A DNA stretch of 64,000 nucleotides from a virus. Shown piece after piece: positions 19,142-28,397 of the stretch. The notes below the pieces were generated by a model. The model searched no databases, had not been told where the DNA came from, and worked only from the letters and a program-made list of their open reading frames with translations. Made by a program: the position numbers and the translations under genes. The DNA lies in IMG/VR virus record IMGVR_UViG_3300009503_000019, positions 1 to 64,000 of that record. One strand, given 5' to 3'. Within the stretch, counting starts at the first letter, position 1. Each line of letters begins with the position of its first letter.

Positions 19142-19185
19142 ATAGGCGCCAGATTTTACCGGTTGCGTCAGGTTAAGAGATCTCA
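19142..19185 (-). repeat. Bipartite repeat, copy 2 (inverted)
   Basis: Reverse complement reads TGAGATCTCTTAACCTG-N15-TCTGGCGCCTAT. Confidence 0.85.
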
Positions 19186-19291
19186 GTGTCTAACGAGGGG
19201 GGGAAATAGAGGGTAAGATAAAAAATGCGATTTTTCCGATGATTAATTTTTAAATTTTTAACCAGACGCACGGAAATAGGTCTATTTTTAA

Positions 19292-19311
19292 TTTTCCACA
19301 GGTTTTCCACA
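19292..19311 (+). promoter_or_regulatory. Two tandem DnaA-box-like 9-mers
   Basis: TTTTCCACA at 19292 and 19303; matches consensus TTWTNCACA. Confidence 0.4.
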
Positions 19312-19345
19312 GCAAAAAACGAAGCACCAACTTAATTTTTTTAAG

Positions 19346-19975
19346 TTATTTATAAATTATTCCACCTAAATTATCAACTTTTTCAATTGCAGCTTCAATA
19401 ATTTTTGAATCATTTATTCTCTTTAAAACGATATATTTGTATATTGGATCTAATTTATTTGCAAAATTAATTCTATATTTATCTTTTGAGAATTTGATTG
19501 TTAAAATTCTATTATAATTATCTATTTCATAAGACACATAAGCTATATGCTGTGGAATATTAAAATAAATTCTTATTCTCATTAAATCAGGGTTGTTGAT
19601 ATTGATAATGCATTTATAACCTTTAATATAATCAATTTCAAATAATGATAATTCTCCATTTATATATTTTGGACAATATATTGTATCTTTATCTTCAATG
19701 CTTTTGTTAATCTCTGTGGTAATATCGCAATAAAGCTTATAAATATCCTTATTGAAATGGATATTGAATAATACTTTATAATTAGATGTGTAACCTTTTA
19801 TGAATCGTATATTTCGTTTCGCCAAGAATTGCATAAATTCTTCTGAATAAAAATTATCTTTATAATATTTCATACATTTTTCTTTTAATTTTTTACAACT
19901 TTCTACAAATATTCCTTTCTCTTTAGTTTCAGATTCAAAAATCAATTTATTTAACTCTGCTTGCAATTTCAGCAT
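19346..19975 (-). CDS. QxxINxxIF-family early protein
   Basis: N-terminal LQAELNKLIF. Confidence 0.65.
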   Translation of the reverse strand: MLKLQAELNKLIFESETKEKGIFVESCKKLKEKCMKYYKDNFYSEEFMQFLAKRNIRFIKGYTSNYKVLFNIHFNKDIYKLYCDITTEINKSIEDKDTIYCPKYINGELSLFEIDYIKGYKCIININNPDLMRIRIYFNIPQHIAYVSYEIDNYNRILTIKFSKDKYRINFANKLDPIYKYIVLKRINDSKIIEAAIEKVDNLGGIIYK

Positions 19976-20033
19976 TAGACTATCTCCTATTAAAGTTTTT
20001 TTTTAATCTTTTAACAAAAGATAAATGATAGAA

Positions 20034-20759
20034 TCAGGGAAAGATAAATGATAAACTCAGGGATCGATGATTGATTTTATTATAAAATTTTTCGATTAAG
20101 CTAGACAGTTTATTGTAAATAATGTTATTGAATAAGAAATATGCAATTTTCTTTTCATAGGCGTATGTCTTCTTTTCAATAAGATTCAATTTATTTATAT
20201 TTTTTATGATTTTTATATAAAACTTATCGGATGTATAGCTCCGGTGTAATTGGGGTACTTCGCAAAGTGTAACTGCATATTTATAATATAGCATTGCACT
20301 TCTTGCGTCCATCATTAAGGAAATTACTGGTAGATAATTGAAAAATGTATTATGTGCAGTTTCATTTTCTTTTAATGAAAAATTAATTTCTTCATAAGGA
20401 ACTTGCAGAATTAACATAAATTTGTGAAATGTCCATTTGTGAGCAAGAGTTAACATATCGTAAGCAATTGAGTATCTTCCGATACGAAATATATCATCAA
20501 TCATCGGAAATTTTTTATTATTATTGTGATAAGAAACATCATAAATGAAGAGCAGAATTGCATTATTCATTTTCCATGGACTTACTGCACTGGTTAATGG
20601 AATTTTTGAATTTTCAATATAATTTTCTAAATAATCTTTTATTTTTTGTAATTGTGTTAAGAGTTGATGAAATTTATTTATGAAATGCTTTCTTTCAATC
20701 TGTAATTTTATGTTGTAAATGGAATGGTCAATTACTTCTTTTACACAAACTCTATTCAT
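20034..20759 (-). CDS. QxxINxxIF-family early protein (divergent)
   Basis: Start moved to MNRVCVKEVIDHSIY after GGAGG. Confidence 0.6.
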   Translation of the reverse strand: MNRVCVKEVIDHSIYNIKLQIERKHFINKFHQLLTQLQKIKDYLENYIENSKIPLTSAVSPWKMNNAILLFIYDVSYHNNNKKFPMIDDIFRIGRYSIAYDMLTLAHKWTFHKFMLILQVPYEEINFSLKENETAHNTFFNYLPVISLMMDARSAMLYYKYAVTLCEVPQLHRSYTSDKFYIKIIKNINKLNLIEKKTYAYEKKIAYFLFNNIIYNKLSSLIEKFYNKINHRSLSLSFIFP

Positions 20760-20791
20760 AATTACACCTCCTTTTTTCAAATAGTTAATTA

Positions 20792-20803
20792 TTTATAACA
20801 AAA
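20792..20803 (-). promoter_or_regulatory. Promoter motif TTTTGTTATAAA
   Basis: Exact motif. Confidence 0.7.
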
Positions 20804-20826
20804 ATGAAAAAAAATTATTTTTTCAA

Positions 20827-21039
20827 TTAATCTTTTTCAACATAGATACAAATACAGGATGCGTTGTCAGATAAAGCTAAAGTCTTAACATCTACTATTC
20901 TTTCTTTTGGACCAACTTGTGCTAAAGCATTTTTCAGTTTTTCTTCAACTGCTTCTGGTAAAGAAGATTTAGAGTTGTAGACTTCACTGACGATCACACG
21001 ATATTGTGGTAGATTACATTTTTTTACCATTTTTCTCAC
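20827..21039 (-). CDS. Hypothetical protein
   Basis: Member of a dense coupled minus-strand cluster. Confidence 0.55.
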   Translation of the reverse strand: MRKMVKKCNLPQYRVIVSEVYNSKSSLPEAVEEKLKNALAQVGPKERIVDVKTLALSDNASCICIYVEKD

Positions 21040-21440
21040 CTCCTTTTCTTTAAAATTTTATCGAAACATTCAGGACATATCCATCTTCCTGCTTCTTTAT
21101 CGCAGAACCATCCATGTCGGTCCACATAGAATGGCAATTGTTTTGAAATAGGTTTGCCTACAAATAAATATCCTCCTCCAATATATGCATGTTTTCCACA
21201 AATATAACATGAATCATTTATCATTGTAAAACATTCGCCATCTTTCACAACCGCAATTATTTTTTGTCCTTTTACTGTCGCTTTATACCATTTTCCTTCC
21301 AAATATACACGACTACCTTTAGGTAATTTATTTACAAAAATACCAACTTCTTCAATATAATCATCAATAGCCTTTTCATCTTTTTTGTATTTAAATCTTT
21401 GTTTTTTCATTTTATTTCCCCCATCCAAGTTGTTTTGCAA
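21036..21440 (-). CDS. Cys-rich hypothetical protein
   Basis: CYIC...CPEC. Confidence 0.6.
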   Translation of the reverse strand: MQNNLDGGNKMKKQRFKYKKDEKAIDDYIEEVGIFVNKLPKGSRVYLEGKWYKATVKGQKIIAVVKDGECFTMINDSCYICGKHAYIGGGYLFVGKPISKQLPFYVDRHGWFCDKEAGRWICPECFDKILKKRR

Positions 21441-21645
21441 TTCTCACTATTTCTTCATAATCCTCTCGTGTAAGTTCAATAAGTAATTCTCCATTATTCA
21501 TTCCAATTGTATTTTTATAAACTTTTCCAAAATTTGTTTCCGGCATTGCTTCTAATATTTCTCCAGTTTCAGTGCATACAAGAAATATTCTTGGTGTATC
21601 TTCATCAGATTCAATAAATTTCTTTTTATATTCTTCGTTGGGCAT
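21412..21645 (-). CDS. Hypothetical protein
   Basis: GGAGG RBS. Confidence 0.6.
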   Translation of the reverse strand: MPNEEYKKKFIESDEDTPRIFLVCTETGEILEAMPETNFGKVYKNTIGMNNGELLIELTREDYEEIVRIAKQLGWGK

Positions 21646-21928
21646 ATTTTTTCCTCCTTTTCCATCGTTCTTTCAGATATTTATCTCCAAATTTTTCTAT
21701 CAACACTTTAATAATATCAGATGGTGTCATATGCACTATTTTTCTAATATCCTCTAAAGATTTTCCTTTTTTCCACAGCTCAATAATTTTCTTATTTTTC
21801 ATTTTTTTTCTTTCAGGGTTATATCGTTTATGAAAACTCAAATGTCCCGCAATTCTACTCCTATCTTTCGGAGTTTTTATTACAATCTCTTTCTTGCATT
21901 GCGGGCAGATCCATTTGTTTTCCACCAT
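21626..21928 (-). CDS. C2H2-like Zn-finger plus HTH-like protein
   Basis: CPQC...H...H followed by LEDIRKIVHMTPSDI. Confidence 0.55.
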   Translation of the reverse strand: MVENKWICPQCKKEIVIKTPKDRSRIAGHLSFHKRYNPERKKMKNKKIIELWKKGKSLEDIRKIVHMTPSDIIKVLIEKFGDKYLKERWKRRKKYAQRRI

Positions 21929-22352
21929 AATCCTCCTGTATCTGATATAATTGTTCAGCTAATTTTATAACTTCTTTTGTGACATATTCAATAGTTCTAT
22001 AAGTTTCATTTTCGCCAAGAATTGGATGGAATGGAATACAATCACCCGCATGTGCTGTATCAAATCCGAACCACCATAATTCTTCTTTGTCTGGCAACTC
22101 ATATCCACGAAGATATTTGTCTGAATAGGATATTCCACCATGAACATCAAGTTCCTTTATTTTTGGGTCATCAATATCTTTTCCAAATAACGGATGACCT
22201 TTTGGTACTGCAACATATCCATTCAAAAATCCTAATAACGGCATTCTAAAAATAACGCATTTCAATCCTTTATGCTCAAATATTTTAAAACTCCCCTCTT
22301 TGTTGATTTGCTTATATATTTTAACAGGAATTTTGAGTTTATATATTTTCAT
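21861..22352 (-). CDS. Conserved phage hypothetical protein
   Basis: NGYVAVPKGHPL...VHGGISY...WWFGFDTAH motif common in phages. Confidence 0.7.
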   Translation of the reverse strand: MKIYKLKIPVKIYKQINKEGSFKIFEHKGLKCVIFRMPLLGFLNGYVAVPKGHPLFGKDIDDPKIKELDVHGGISYSDKYLRGYELPDKEELWWFGFDTAHAGDCIPFHPILGENETYRTIEYVTKEVIKLAEQLYQIQEDYGGKQMDLPAMQERDCNKNSER

Positions 22353-22368
22353 TTTATTCCTCCTCTAT

Positions 22369-22593
22369 TTACTCTCTATAACGCAAATTTATGAATGGAA
22401 AATAGTATTTTGCATCTTTGCTAGACAATTTGCATCCATATTTTGCTACATATTCAACAGTTTCTTGCTCTGTTTTTGAATCATCAGTAGCACCAATATA
22501 AGCCGCCCAATCAATTCCTTCAGTAATAACTGCAACAATAGCAACGGCGAAACCATTTGAATTCCAATATCTACCTTCTATTATTTTTTTCAT
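22369..22593 (-). CDS. Hypothetical protein
   Basis: AVI...DWAAYIGA motif; GGAGG RBS. Confidence 0.65.
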   Translation of the reverse strand: MKKIIEGRYWNSNGFAVAIVAVITEGIDWAAYIGATDDSKTEQETVEYVAKYGCKLSSKDAKYYFPFINLRYRE

Positions 22594-22623
22594 TTTAACC
22601 CTCCTTTGAATTTAATATTTTTT

Positions 22624-22770
22624 TTAAGAATAAGGAATTACGCAAAAAGGCGGATCACGAACAATTTTTGAAAATCTACCACAGAATGCCGCACGAGTTT
22701 CTAAATCCATCTCCTTCAAAATTCTTGGTCTTTTCCACTTTTTCTTTTTTAATTTCTTTTTATTTTTCAT
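22624..22770 (-). CDS. Small basic protein (48 aa), missing from ORF track
   Basis: MKNKKKLKKKKWKRPR...VIPYS*; weak RBS. Confidence 0.4.
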   Translation of the reverse strand: MKNKKKLKKKKWKRPRILKEMDLETRAAFCGRFSKIVRDPPFCVIPYS

Positions 22771-22938
22771 TTCAATTACACCGTCACACTATCAACGGTT
22801 GCGCGTATTTGGAATCTTGATTCACATTTTTCGCAATAGCAATCTGCATATATCCTTCCATTTGCATATTCATAGTTATTTATGACCCAATTTTCTTCTT
22901 GACATCGTGGACATTTTATTATTCTATAATGTTGTTGT

Positions 22939-23223
22939 TTATTTTTCTTTGCCATTTTTGCCTCCTTTTATTATTTCAAATAATACTGGAATTGCACTCA
23001 CTTTGAAAACAATTTTACAATCTTCACATTCACACTCTGCAAATAACCATCCATCGCGATATGAAATATCGGAAGTAAATCTCCAATTTCTGCTATCGCA
23101 ATTTGGGCACAACATATTCCAATAACGAATTATTGAAGTATTCTCAACCGATTTTTTCAATGAAAATATTTCAAAGCATTTATCTAAAATTTTTGATTTT
23201 GGATTGGTCTTCTTTTTCATCAT
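22939..23223 (-). CDS. Small Zn-finger protein
   Basis: CPNC...CECEDC. Confidence 0.55.
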   Translation of the reverse strand: MMKKKTNPKSKILDKCFEIFSLKKSVENTSIIRYWNMLCPNCDSRNWRFTSDISYRDGWLFAECECEDCKIVFKVSAIPVLFEIIKGGKNGKEK

Positions 23224-23485
23224 TTACTCCTTTGATGTCGTCGATAAGAGACATTGTTAATATAAATATTGCTATAATCGATATAATTAATAATATTCCA
23301 CCAATTTTCCACTTTATAAGTGTAATAATAATTAGAGATATCATTGCCCCAATTTTAAAAATTATATCAAAAATTTTGTCTTTAATAATTTTACTTTTCA
23401 AAAATCTATTTATAATAAAAATAATAAAAAATCCCAGTAAAAATAAAGCAATTACTCTGTCCATTGTTGTTAAAATTTCTTCCAT
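23180..23485 (-). CDS. Small membrane protein
   Basis: About 3 hydrophobic helices; GGAGG RBS. Confidence 0.6.
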   Translation of the reverse strand: MEEILTTMDRVIALFLLGFFIIFIINRFLKSKIIKDKIFDIIFKIGAMISLIIITLIKWKIGGILLIISIIAIFILTMSLIDDIKGVNDEKEDQSKIKNFR

Positions 23486-23728
23486 TTATTCCTCCTTTAC
23501 ATCAAAATATTCTTCTAACAATTGTTTCAATTCATTTTTGTATTTTCCTCCAGTTTTGATACTATCAGGAACTTCCATTGTGGAACGTGCACTTGCGAAG
23601 GTAAATGCAATTTCATCCAGTAATTGCCAGAATTCTTCTCGTCTGACTGTTAACTCTCCTGCTAAAGCACTATTAATATAAATTCTCATGTGAATATGAG
23701 TGTCAATTTGGTCTATATGAATTGTCAT
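23486..23728 (-). CDS. Hypothetical protein
   Basis: Coupled ORF. Confidence 0.6.
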   Translation of the reverse strand: MTIHIDQIDTHIHMRIYINSALAGELTVRREEFWQLLDEIAFTFASARSTMEVPDSIKTGGKYKNELKQLLEEYFDVKEE

Positions 23729-24018
23729 TGTGCACCTCCTTGTTTGATAATGTATACAAAAATTGTTTCAAAATTATTTAACAATTTAAATAATTTTTTC
23801 TTTCTATTTTGTATGTCATTCAATATTTTTATAAGTTTTGCAGCCTGCTTTTTCAATTTTGAATAATCCTTCTTGTCAATTAGTTTTTTATCCAGTTTTT
23901 GTTTCATATCAATTAGAATGGTTTCTACCAGAATGCTTGCATAAGTATACATATTGAGCATTTCTTCATCAAAGAGTTTTTTCAAATTTTCCATCGTTTT
24001 TTCTAAATGTTTATTCAT
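23725..24018 (-). CDS. Coiled-coil hypothetical protein
   Basis: Start moved to MNKHLEK after AAGGAGG. Confidence 0.6.
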   Translation of the reverse strand: MNKHLEKTMENLKKLFDEEMLNMYTYASILVETILIDMKQKLDKKLIDKKDYSKLKKQAAKLIKILNDIQNRKKKLFKLLNNFETIFVYIIKQGGAQ

Positions 24019-24048
24019 AACGACCTCCTTCAATTTTTTTTCTATTTC

Positions 24049-24060
24049 TTTATAACAAAA
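24049..24060 (-). promoter_or_regulatory. Promoter motif TTTTGTTATAAA
   Basis: Exact motif. Confidence 0.7.
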
Positions 24061-24079
24061 AAAAGAAAAAAATAAAATA

Positions 24080-24103
24080 GGGGAAGGAACTTATTCCTTC
24101 CCC
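24080..24103 (-). terminator. Intrinsic terminator
   Basis: 10-bp stem GGGGAAGGAA/TTCCTTCCCC followed by a U-tract on the minus strand. Confidence 0.85.
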
Positions 24104-24128
24104 GTTAATCCAGAAGGCAGCAGTAGCC

Positions 24129-24656
24129 TTATTCTAATTCTTTTTTCAACTCATCCAATGCTTCAAGTCCATCGGGGACATCTTCAAAATCTTTTTCTTC
24201 ACCATTTTCAAGTACAATTCGGATTCCTTCGGTTGGATTTCCGTAAGTTCGTCCAGTTCTTTTCCATTTATATTTCAAGACACTTCCTTTTGGAATAGTT
24301 ACCAATGCTCCATGGGAAATTCCACAATTCCCCCGTGGACTTTCATAAACACGATATTCACATATTTGTTCAACTTGAGGTTCTAATATTTTGAATGATG
24401 AACTCCCACGGTATCCACATTGAACAAAGATATTATGAGTGATATGATTTTCGGACGGCTTTAGTATAAGAGATCCTTTTTCTGTTTTTATAATCATTGC
24501 GTTCATCGGAAATTCGATTATGTCTTTTTCATCTTTTTTCTTAATGAGCTTGTGACTGACCCATAGACGAAAAGATTTTCGTCCATGGTCCTCAGAGCCG
24601 ACATCTACATAGGGAAATTTCTCCCCGGCCTCATTTTGTTTGTAGTTCACTATCAT
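24129..24656 (-). CDS. Hypothetical protein
   Basis: Own promoter, structured leader, AAGGAGG RBS and terminator. Confidence 0.75.
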   Translation of the reverse strand: MIVNYKQNEAGEKFPYVDVGSEDHGRKSFRLWVSHKLIKKKDEKDIIEFPMNAMIIKTEKGSLILKPSENHITHNIFVQCGYRGSSSFKILEPQVEQICEYRVYESPRGNCGISHGALVTIPKGSVLKYKWKRTGRTYGNPTEGIRIVLENGEEKDFEDVPDGLEALDELKKELE

Positions 24657-24739
24657 TTTTACCTCCTTTTTCCCCCATTGCGCATGGGATTAGAACCCTT
24701 CGCGTGGGGGAAATAATTTTGTATTTTCATTACAATTAA

Positions 24740-24751
24740 TTTATAACAAAA
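24740..24751 (-). promoter_or_regulatory. Promoter motif TTTTGTTATAAA
   Basis: Exact motif. Confidence 0.7.
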
Positions 24752-24772
24752 AAATTAAAGATTTGTAATATC

Positions 24773-24994
24773 CTATGACCTGTATATCAAAATCATTATT
24801 ATTATTGACAATGTATATAATCCAACAAGTTGAATAGAAAAATTCTTTGTTGCTTCTATAATAAAACCAATTGTGCTAAGAATTCCTAATGTTATTGCAA
24901 AAGTTTTTATTGATATGTTAAGAATTTTGTTCAGCATTGAATTTCCTTTCATTTTTCTGAAACAATTATTGCTGAATTTACATTTTTCTGCCAT
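24773..24994 (-). CDS. Small membrane protein
   Basis: Two hydrophobic helices; start uncertain. Confidence 0.5.
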   Translation of the reverse strand: MAEKCKFSNNCFRKMKGNSMLNKILNISIKTFAITLGILSTIGFIIEATKNFSIQLVGLYTLSIIIMILIYRS

Positions 24995-25197
24995 TTTTTA
25001 AAACATTCATCGCATAAAAAAGAATAATCTATTCCAGGATGAGGCATTCCTGGTGTCACACTTATATCTTTAAGAATAGTCAATTTTCCGGTTTTCAAAG
25101 ATTCTTTCACGTAATAACAATGGATTATCACAGATGCTTTGTTTCCACACTCATCACATTCATAAATTTCTTTTGTTTTTGATTTTTTTCTACGCAT
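24949..25197 (-). CDS. Small Zn-finger protein
   Basis: CDEC...CDEC. Confidence 0.6.
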   Translation of the reverse strand: MRRKKSKTKEIYECDECGNKASVIIHCYYVKESLKTGKLTILKDISVTPGMPHPGIDYSFLCDECFKKWQKNVNSAIIVSEK

Positions 25198-25558
25198 CGT
25201 ATGTCACCTTCATTGCTTCAACTTCAGCTGCTTTTTCTGCACAATATTCCAAATCTTTCCACTTACGAGCATCTTCTGGGGAGAATCCATAATTTGACCA
25301 TTCTTCCGCTTCAATCGGATCAAAATCTGCATCTCGCCATTCAGATGCTTCCATTGGGTCGTCAAAATTATGTTCTACCCATTCAGCCGCTTCATTTGCA
25401 TTAAAATTTTCGTTATACCAATCCAATGCGATTGAGGCGTTATCAAATTTTTCTGCAAAATCAGCTGCTGTTTCAATATCATCAAAGGTTTCAATCCAAT
25501 CTTTTAGATCATCTAAACTTGAAACACAATTTATTAGTCTTAGTATTGCATCTTTCAT
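25190..25558 (-). CDS. Acidic repeat protein
   Basis: About 5 tandem ~11-aa EA.EW...F repeats. Confidence 0.65.
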   Translation of the reverse strand: MKDAILRLINCVSSLDDLKDWIETFDDIETAADFAEKFDNASIALDWYNENFNANEAAEWVEHNFDDPMEASEWRDADFDPIEAEEWSNYGFSPEDARKWKDLEYCAEKAAEVEAMKVTYDA

Positions 25559-25570
25559 TTTTTCCTCCTT

Positions 25571-25762
25571 TTAAAATTTTTCTCCTTCATACCAGTCTTC
25601 AAAACATTCATCACATAAGTGTATATTTTCATTTGTATCAGGTTCAATATCTGTTATTATTTCGGGGTCAATATAATTACCTTTATTATCAATTTTCCAT
25701 ATTACCCATAATTTTTGAATATTAATTGCAGCATTTTTTTCTTTGCAGAAATCACATTTCAT
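25571..25762 (-). CDS. Small Zn-finger protein
   Basis: CDFC...CDEC; GGAGG RBS. Confidence 0.65.
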   Translation of the reverse strand: MKCDFCKEKNAAINIQKLWVIWKIDNKGNYIDPEIITDIEPDTNENIHLCDECFEDWYEGEKF

Positions 25763-25773
25763 TTTTTCCTCCT

Positions 25774-26475
25774 TTAAATTAATTTTGCATAAACTGGTTT
25801 TTGATGAAAAATATCATCTGGAATTTTTAATAATTCTTCAAATGTATTTTTTACAATGAAAATTATTAATTTTTCATTTAAATGATGCCTGGGATTGGCA
25901 TAAACTTTCAGTTGTTGATTGGAGACACTAAAATATAGTATATATTCATATATTTTCTTTTTGGAAATAATAGAAATCTCAAAATCAATTGAATTATAAG
26001 ATTTACTATTTTTTATCTTTGATTCATATTTTCTAAACGTAATTTGTATTCTTATTGATTTTATTGGGAATACTGAATATATATTTTCTGATTTTTCCCT
26101 GATATGGCTAAAATTGATATAAATGTCAGAAGGAAATGCTTTTTCAATAATAATTTCATCAGTTGTACCATCGTAACAACTTCTATGTTCAATTCTTTTT
26201 ATAATATATTCTTCCCATAATATTTCCCACGGAAAAAAGCTTTTATAGTAAAAACGATTATTAGCTGCGATATGATAGTAGGGACAATATTTATTATCAC
26301 ATTTTTTTATTTTAAACATCAATTTTGATTCAATTACATTAAATACATTTATTGCTAGTTCAATTAATTTTTTTTCATTGATTTCTTGATTCGTGTTAAA
26401 AATGATTTCATTTAGGTTATTCTGACTTTTAATTAAAGTTTGCATTCTTTTAGTTAACATTGCCTTCTCCATCAC
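25774..26475 (-). CDS. QxxINxxIF-family early protein
   Basis: N-terminal SQNNLNEIIF. Confidence 0.65.
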   Translation of the reverse strand: MMEKAMLTKRMQTLIKSQNNLNEIIFNTNQEINEKKLIELAINVFNVIESKLMFKIKKCDNKYCPYYHIAANNRFYYKSFFPWEILWEEYIIKRIEHRSCYDGTTDEIIIEKAFPSDIYINFSHIREKSENIYSVFPIKSIRIQITFRKYESKIKNSKSYNSIDFEISIISKKKIYEYILYFSVSNQQLKVYANPRHHLNEKLIIFIVKNTFEELLKIPDDIFHQKPVYAKLI

Positions 26476-26478
26476 AAG

Positions 26479-26865
26479 TTATACTAAATTTTTTAATCTT
26501 GTCTCTTCTTGTGGAAGTAATTTATCTACTCTATTTTTAAAATCTTCTAATTTGCAATATGTGTTGGTTCCGCCATGATAGTCTTTTTCATTTTGTGCCG
26601 TTCTCACTAGAATATTATCAATCCATAGATTATTAAATCTTACATCAGGAATACTAAAATATACATATCCATCTCCTCGACGGATGAAACCATAAATATA
26701 AAAATGACCAACTTCATATTTTATCAAACGTGCTCCTAATGGAAGTAAAGAAATAATAATTTGCTTAAATTCTTTTGCAAATTGTAAAAATTCTGGTGTG
26801 TTCGCCAAAGAACTATAAAAAGTAAAATTTGAATACTTTTGCTTGAATTTTACTATTTTATTCAT
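26479..26865 (-). CDS. Hypothetical protein
   Basis: GGAGG RBS; 128 aa. Confidence 0.7.
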   Translation of the reverse strand: MNKIVKFKQKYSNFTFYSSLANTPEFLQFAKEFKQIIISLLPLGARLIKYEVGHFYIYGFIRRGDGYVYFSIPDVRFNNLWIDNILVRTAQNEKDYHGGTNTYCKLEDFKNRVDKLLPQEETRLKNLV

Positions 26866-26883
26866 AGAACACCTCCAATTTTA

Positions 26884-27102
26884 TTATTGATATTTATATG
26901 AATCACTCCAGAAATAAAAATCAATATAATACATGCTTGTATCAGTTTCGTTTATATGTATTGATGAAGGTAATGATTGGAAATTTGATAAATTGGTTTT
27001 ACTGAGCAATTCAACGAGATGTAATAAATTGTTTTCTAAATCCGGCTTTATAATTTCAAAATTAAATATTGCATTATTTATTCGTTTTTGTAATTCTAAC
27101 AC
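26884..27102 (-). pseudogene. Short/truncated QxxINxxIF-family member
   Basis: LQKRINNAIF motif present, but only 72 aa versus about 200 aa for paralogs. Confidence 0.5.
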
Positions 27103-27198
27103 TTCATTTCCTCCTGAAACTTTTTCTTTCCTTTTAACTTAAAAATTATTTATTTTTGTTAAAAGTTCAATAAAATATTTAAAAAGGAGGTTTTTCCA

Positions 27199-27789
27199 TT
27201 GAAAATTAATATCGACAAAATAATAAAATGTCAAAGTAAATTGAATGAAAAGTTATTTGTTCCGGATAAAGATATAAAATTGATAATAGATTCATTAAGA
27301 GATGTATTACTTCCAGATGGTTATGAATTAGAGATAGATTGGAAGAAATTGCATGAACATAAGTATTGGATATTCAGAGTTGATAAGTATTCTTATAAAA
27401 AAGTTAATATTGACATTGATCATATTTTAATACATTCTATGAGTTCTAATCGATTTGTAAAACGACTTAGAACTAGAGATTTGGCATTTGATCTTATGTT
27501 CTATGTAGATAATTTAGATTTTGATAGAAATTTCATTCCTTTCACAATATCATTGAAAAGTATTAAAAGAAGAAAAATAAATCTTACTATCAGTTATAAT
27601 GCTAACACTGATGAATTTTATATAAGAATAATAACGCGAGATTATAATTGGAGTTGGGATTGGTTTATTCCATTTCCTGATAAATATCTTGATAAGATTT
27701 CTATTGATAAAATTTATATAATTTTTAAATTATTATATCCATTACTTGAAAAAATAATGGAAGTTCTGACTAAAGGAGTTGTGGAATGA
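27199..27789 (+). CDS. QxxINxxIF-family early protein
   Basis: N-terminal CQSKLNEKLF; TTG start after GGAGG. Confidence 0.65.
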   Translation: MKINIDKIIKCQSKLNEKLFVPDKDIKLIIDSLRDVLLPDGYELEIDWKKLHEHKYWIFRVDKYSYKKVNIDIDHILIHSMSSNRFVKRLRTRDLAFDLMFYVDNLDFDRNFIPFTISLKSIKRRKINLTISYNANTDEFYIRIITRDYNWSWDWFIPFPDKYLDKISIDKIYIIFKLLYPLLEKIMEVLTKGVVE

Positions 27790-28397
27790 ATGAAATGATA
27801 GATGAATTAGTAAGATTGCAGAATTATACAAATTATTGTCAATATTATGTCAGTAATGAAGAGACTTTAGATTTAATTAAAGAAATTTATAAATATTTGA
27901 TGGTATTTCCGTTGAAATGTGGTAAATGTAATAAGATGGGAAAATGTGATTGTGACAAAACATACATCAGAAAAAAAAATTTATATGTTGCTCGTCATTA
28001 TAAGCAGATCTTGCAGCGTTTTCCTATAGAAATTTTAAGTATATTGGATGTTTTTATTGACGGAGAAGATTTTAAATTTTATAAATATAAGCATTATGAA
28101 GATCATGGTATTCAAACTATTAATGTGAATCTTGAAAATGAAGATATTTTAATTGTTTTGTCATTGAGTACTGTTCCTACCGAGAACTATGTATATGCAA
28201 TGGTTCTTAATTTATGTCATAAGTTTGATATTCATTCATCATTTGAACATCATTATTACAATCCGAATGTCAAAATGAATTTTCAATCAAGTCCTTCAGA
28301 TCGTGCCTGGATTCATGCATGGAAATTCAATTATGTTCTTTTGAAAAAAATACTTTCATTGTTAAAAAACATTTATATAAAATATACAAAAAAATAA
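27786..28397 (+). CDS. QxxINxxIF-family early protein
   Basis: N-terminal LQNYTNYCQY; CGKC..C.C insert. Confidence 0.6.
   Translation: MNEMIDELVRLQNYTNYCQYYVSNEETLDLIKEIYKYLMVFPLKCGKCNKMGKCDCDKTYIRKKNLYVARHYKQILQRFPIEILSILDVFIDGEDFKFYKYKHYEDHGIQTINVNLENEDILIVLSLSTVPTENYVYAMVLNLCHKFDIHSSFEHHYYNPNVKMNFQSSPSDRAWIHAWKFNYVLLKKILSLLKNIYIKYTKK

Noticed and set aside
24667-24715. tRNA gene
   Set aside because: Only a T-loop-like hairpin; no D-arm, anticodon arm or acceptor stem. No tRNA or rRNA genes were recognised in the window.
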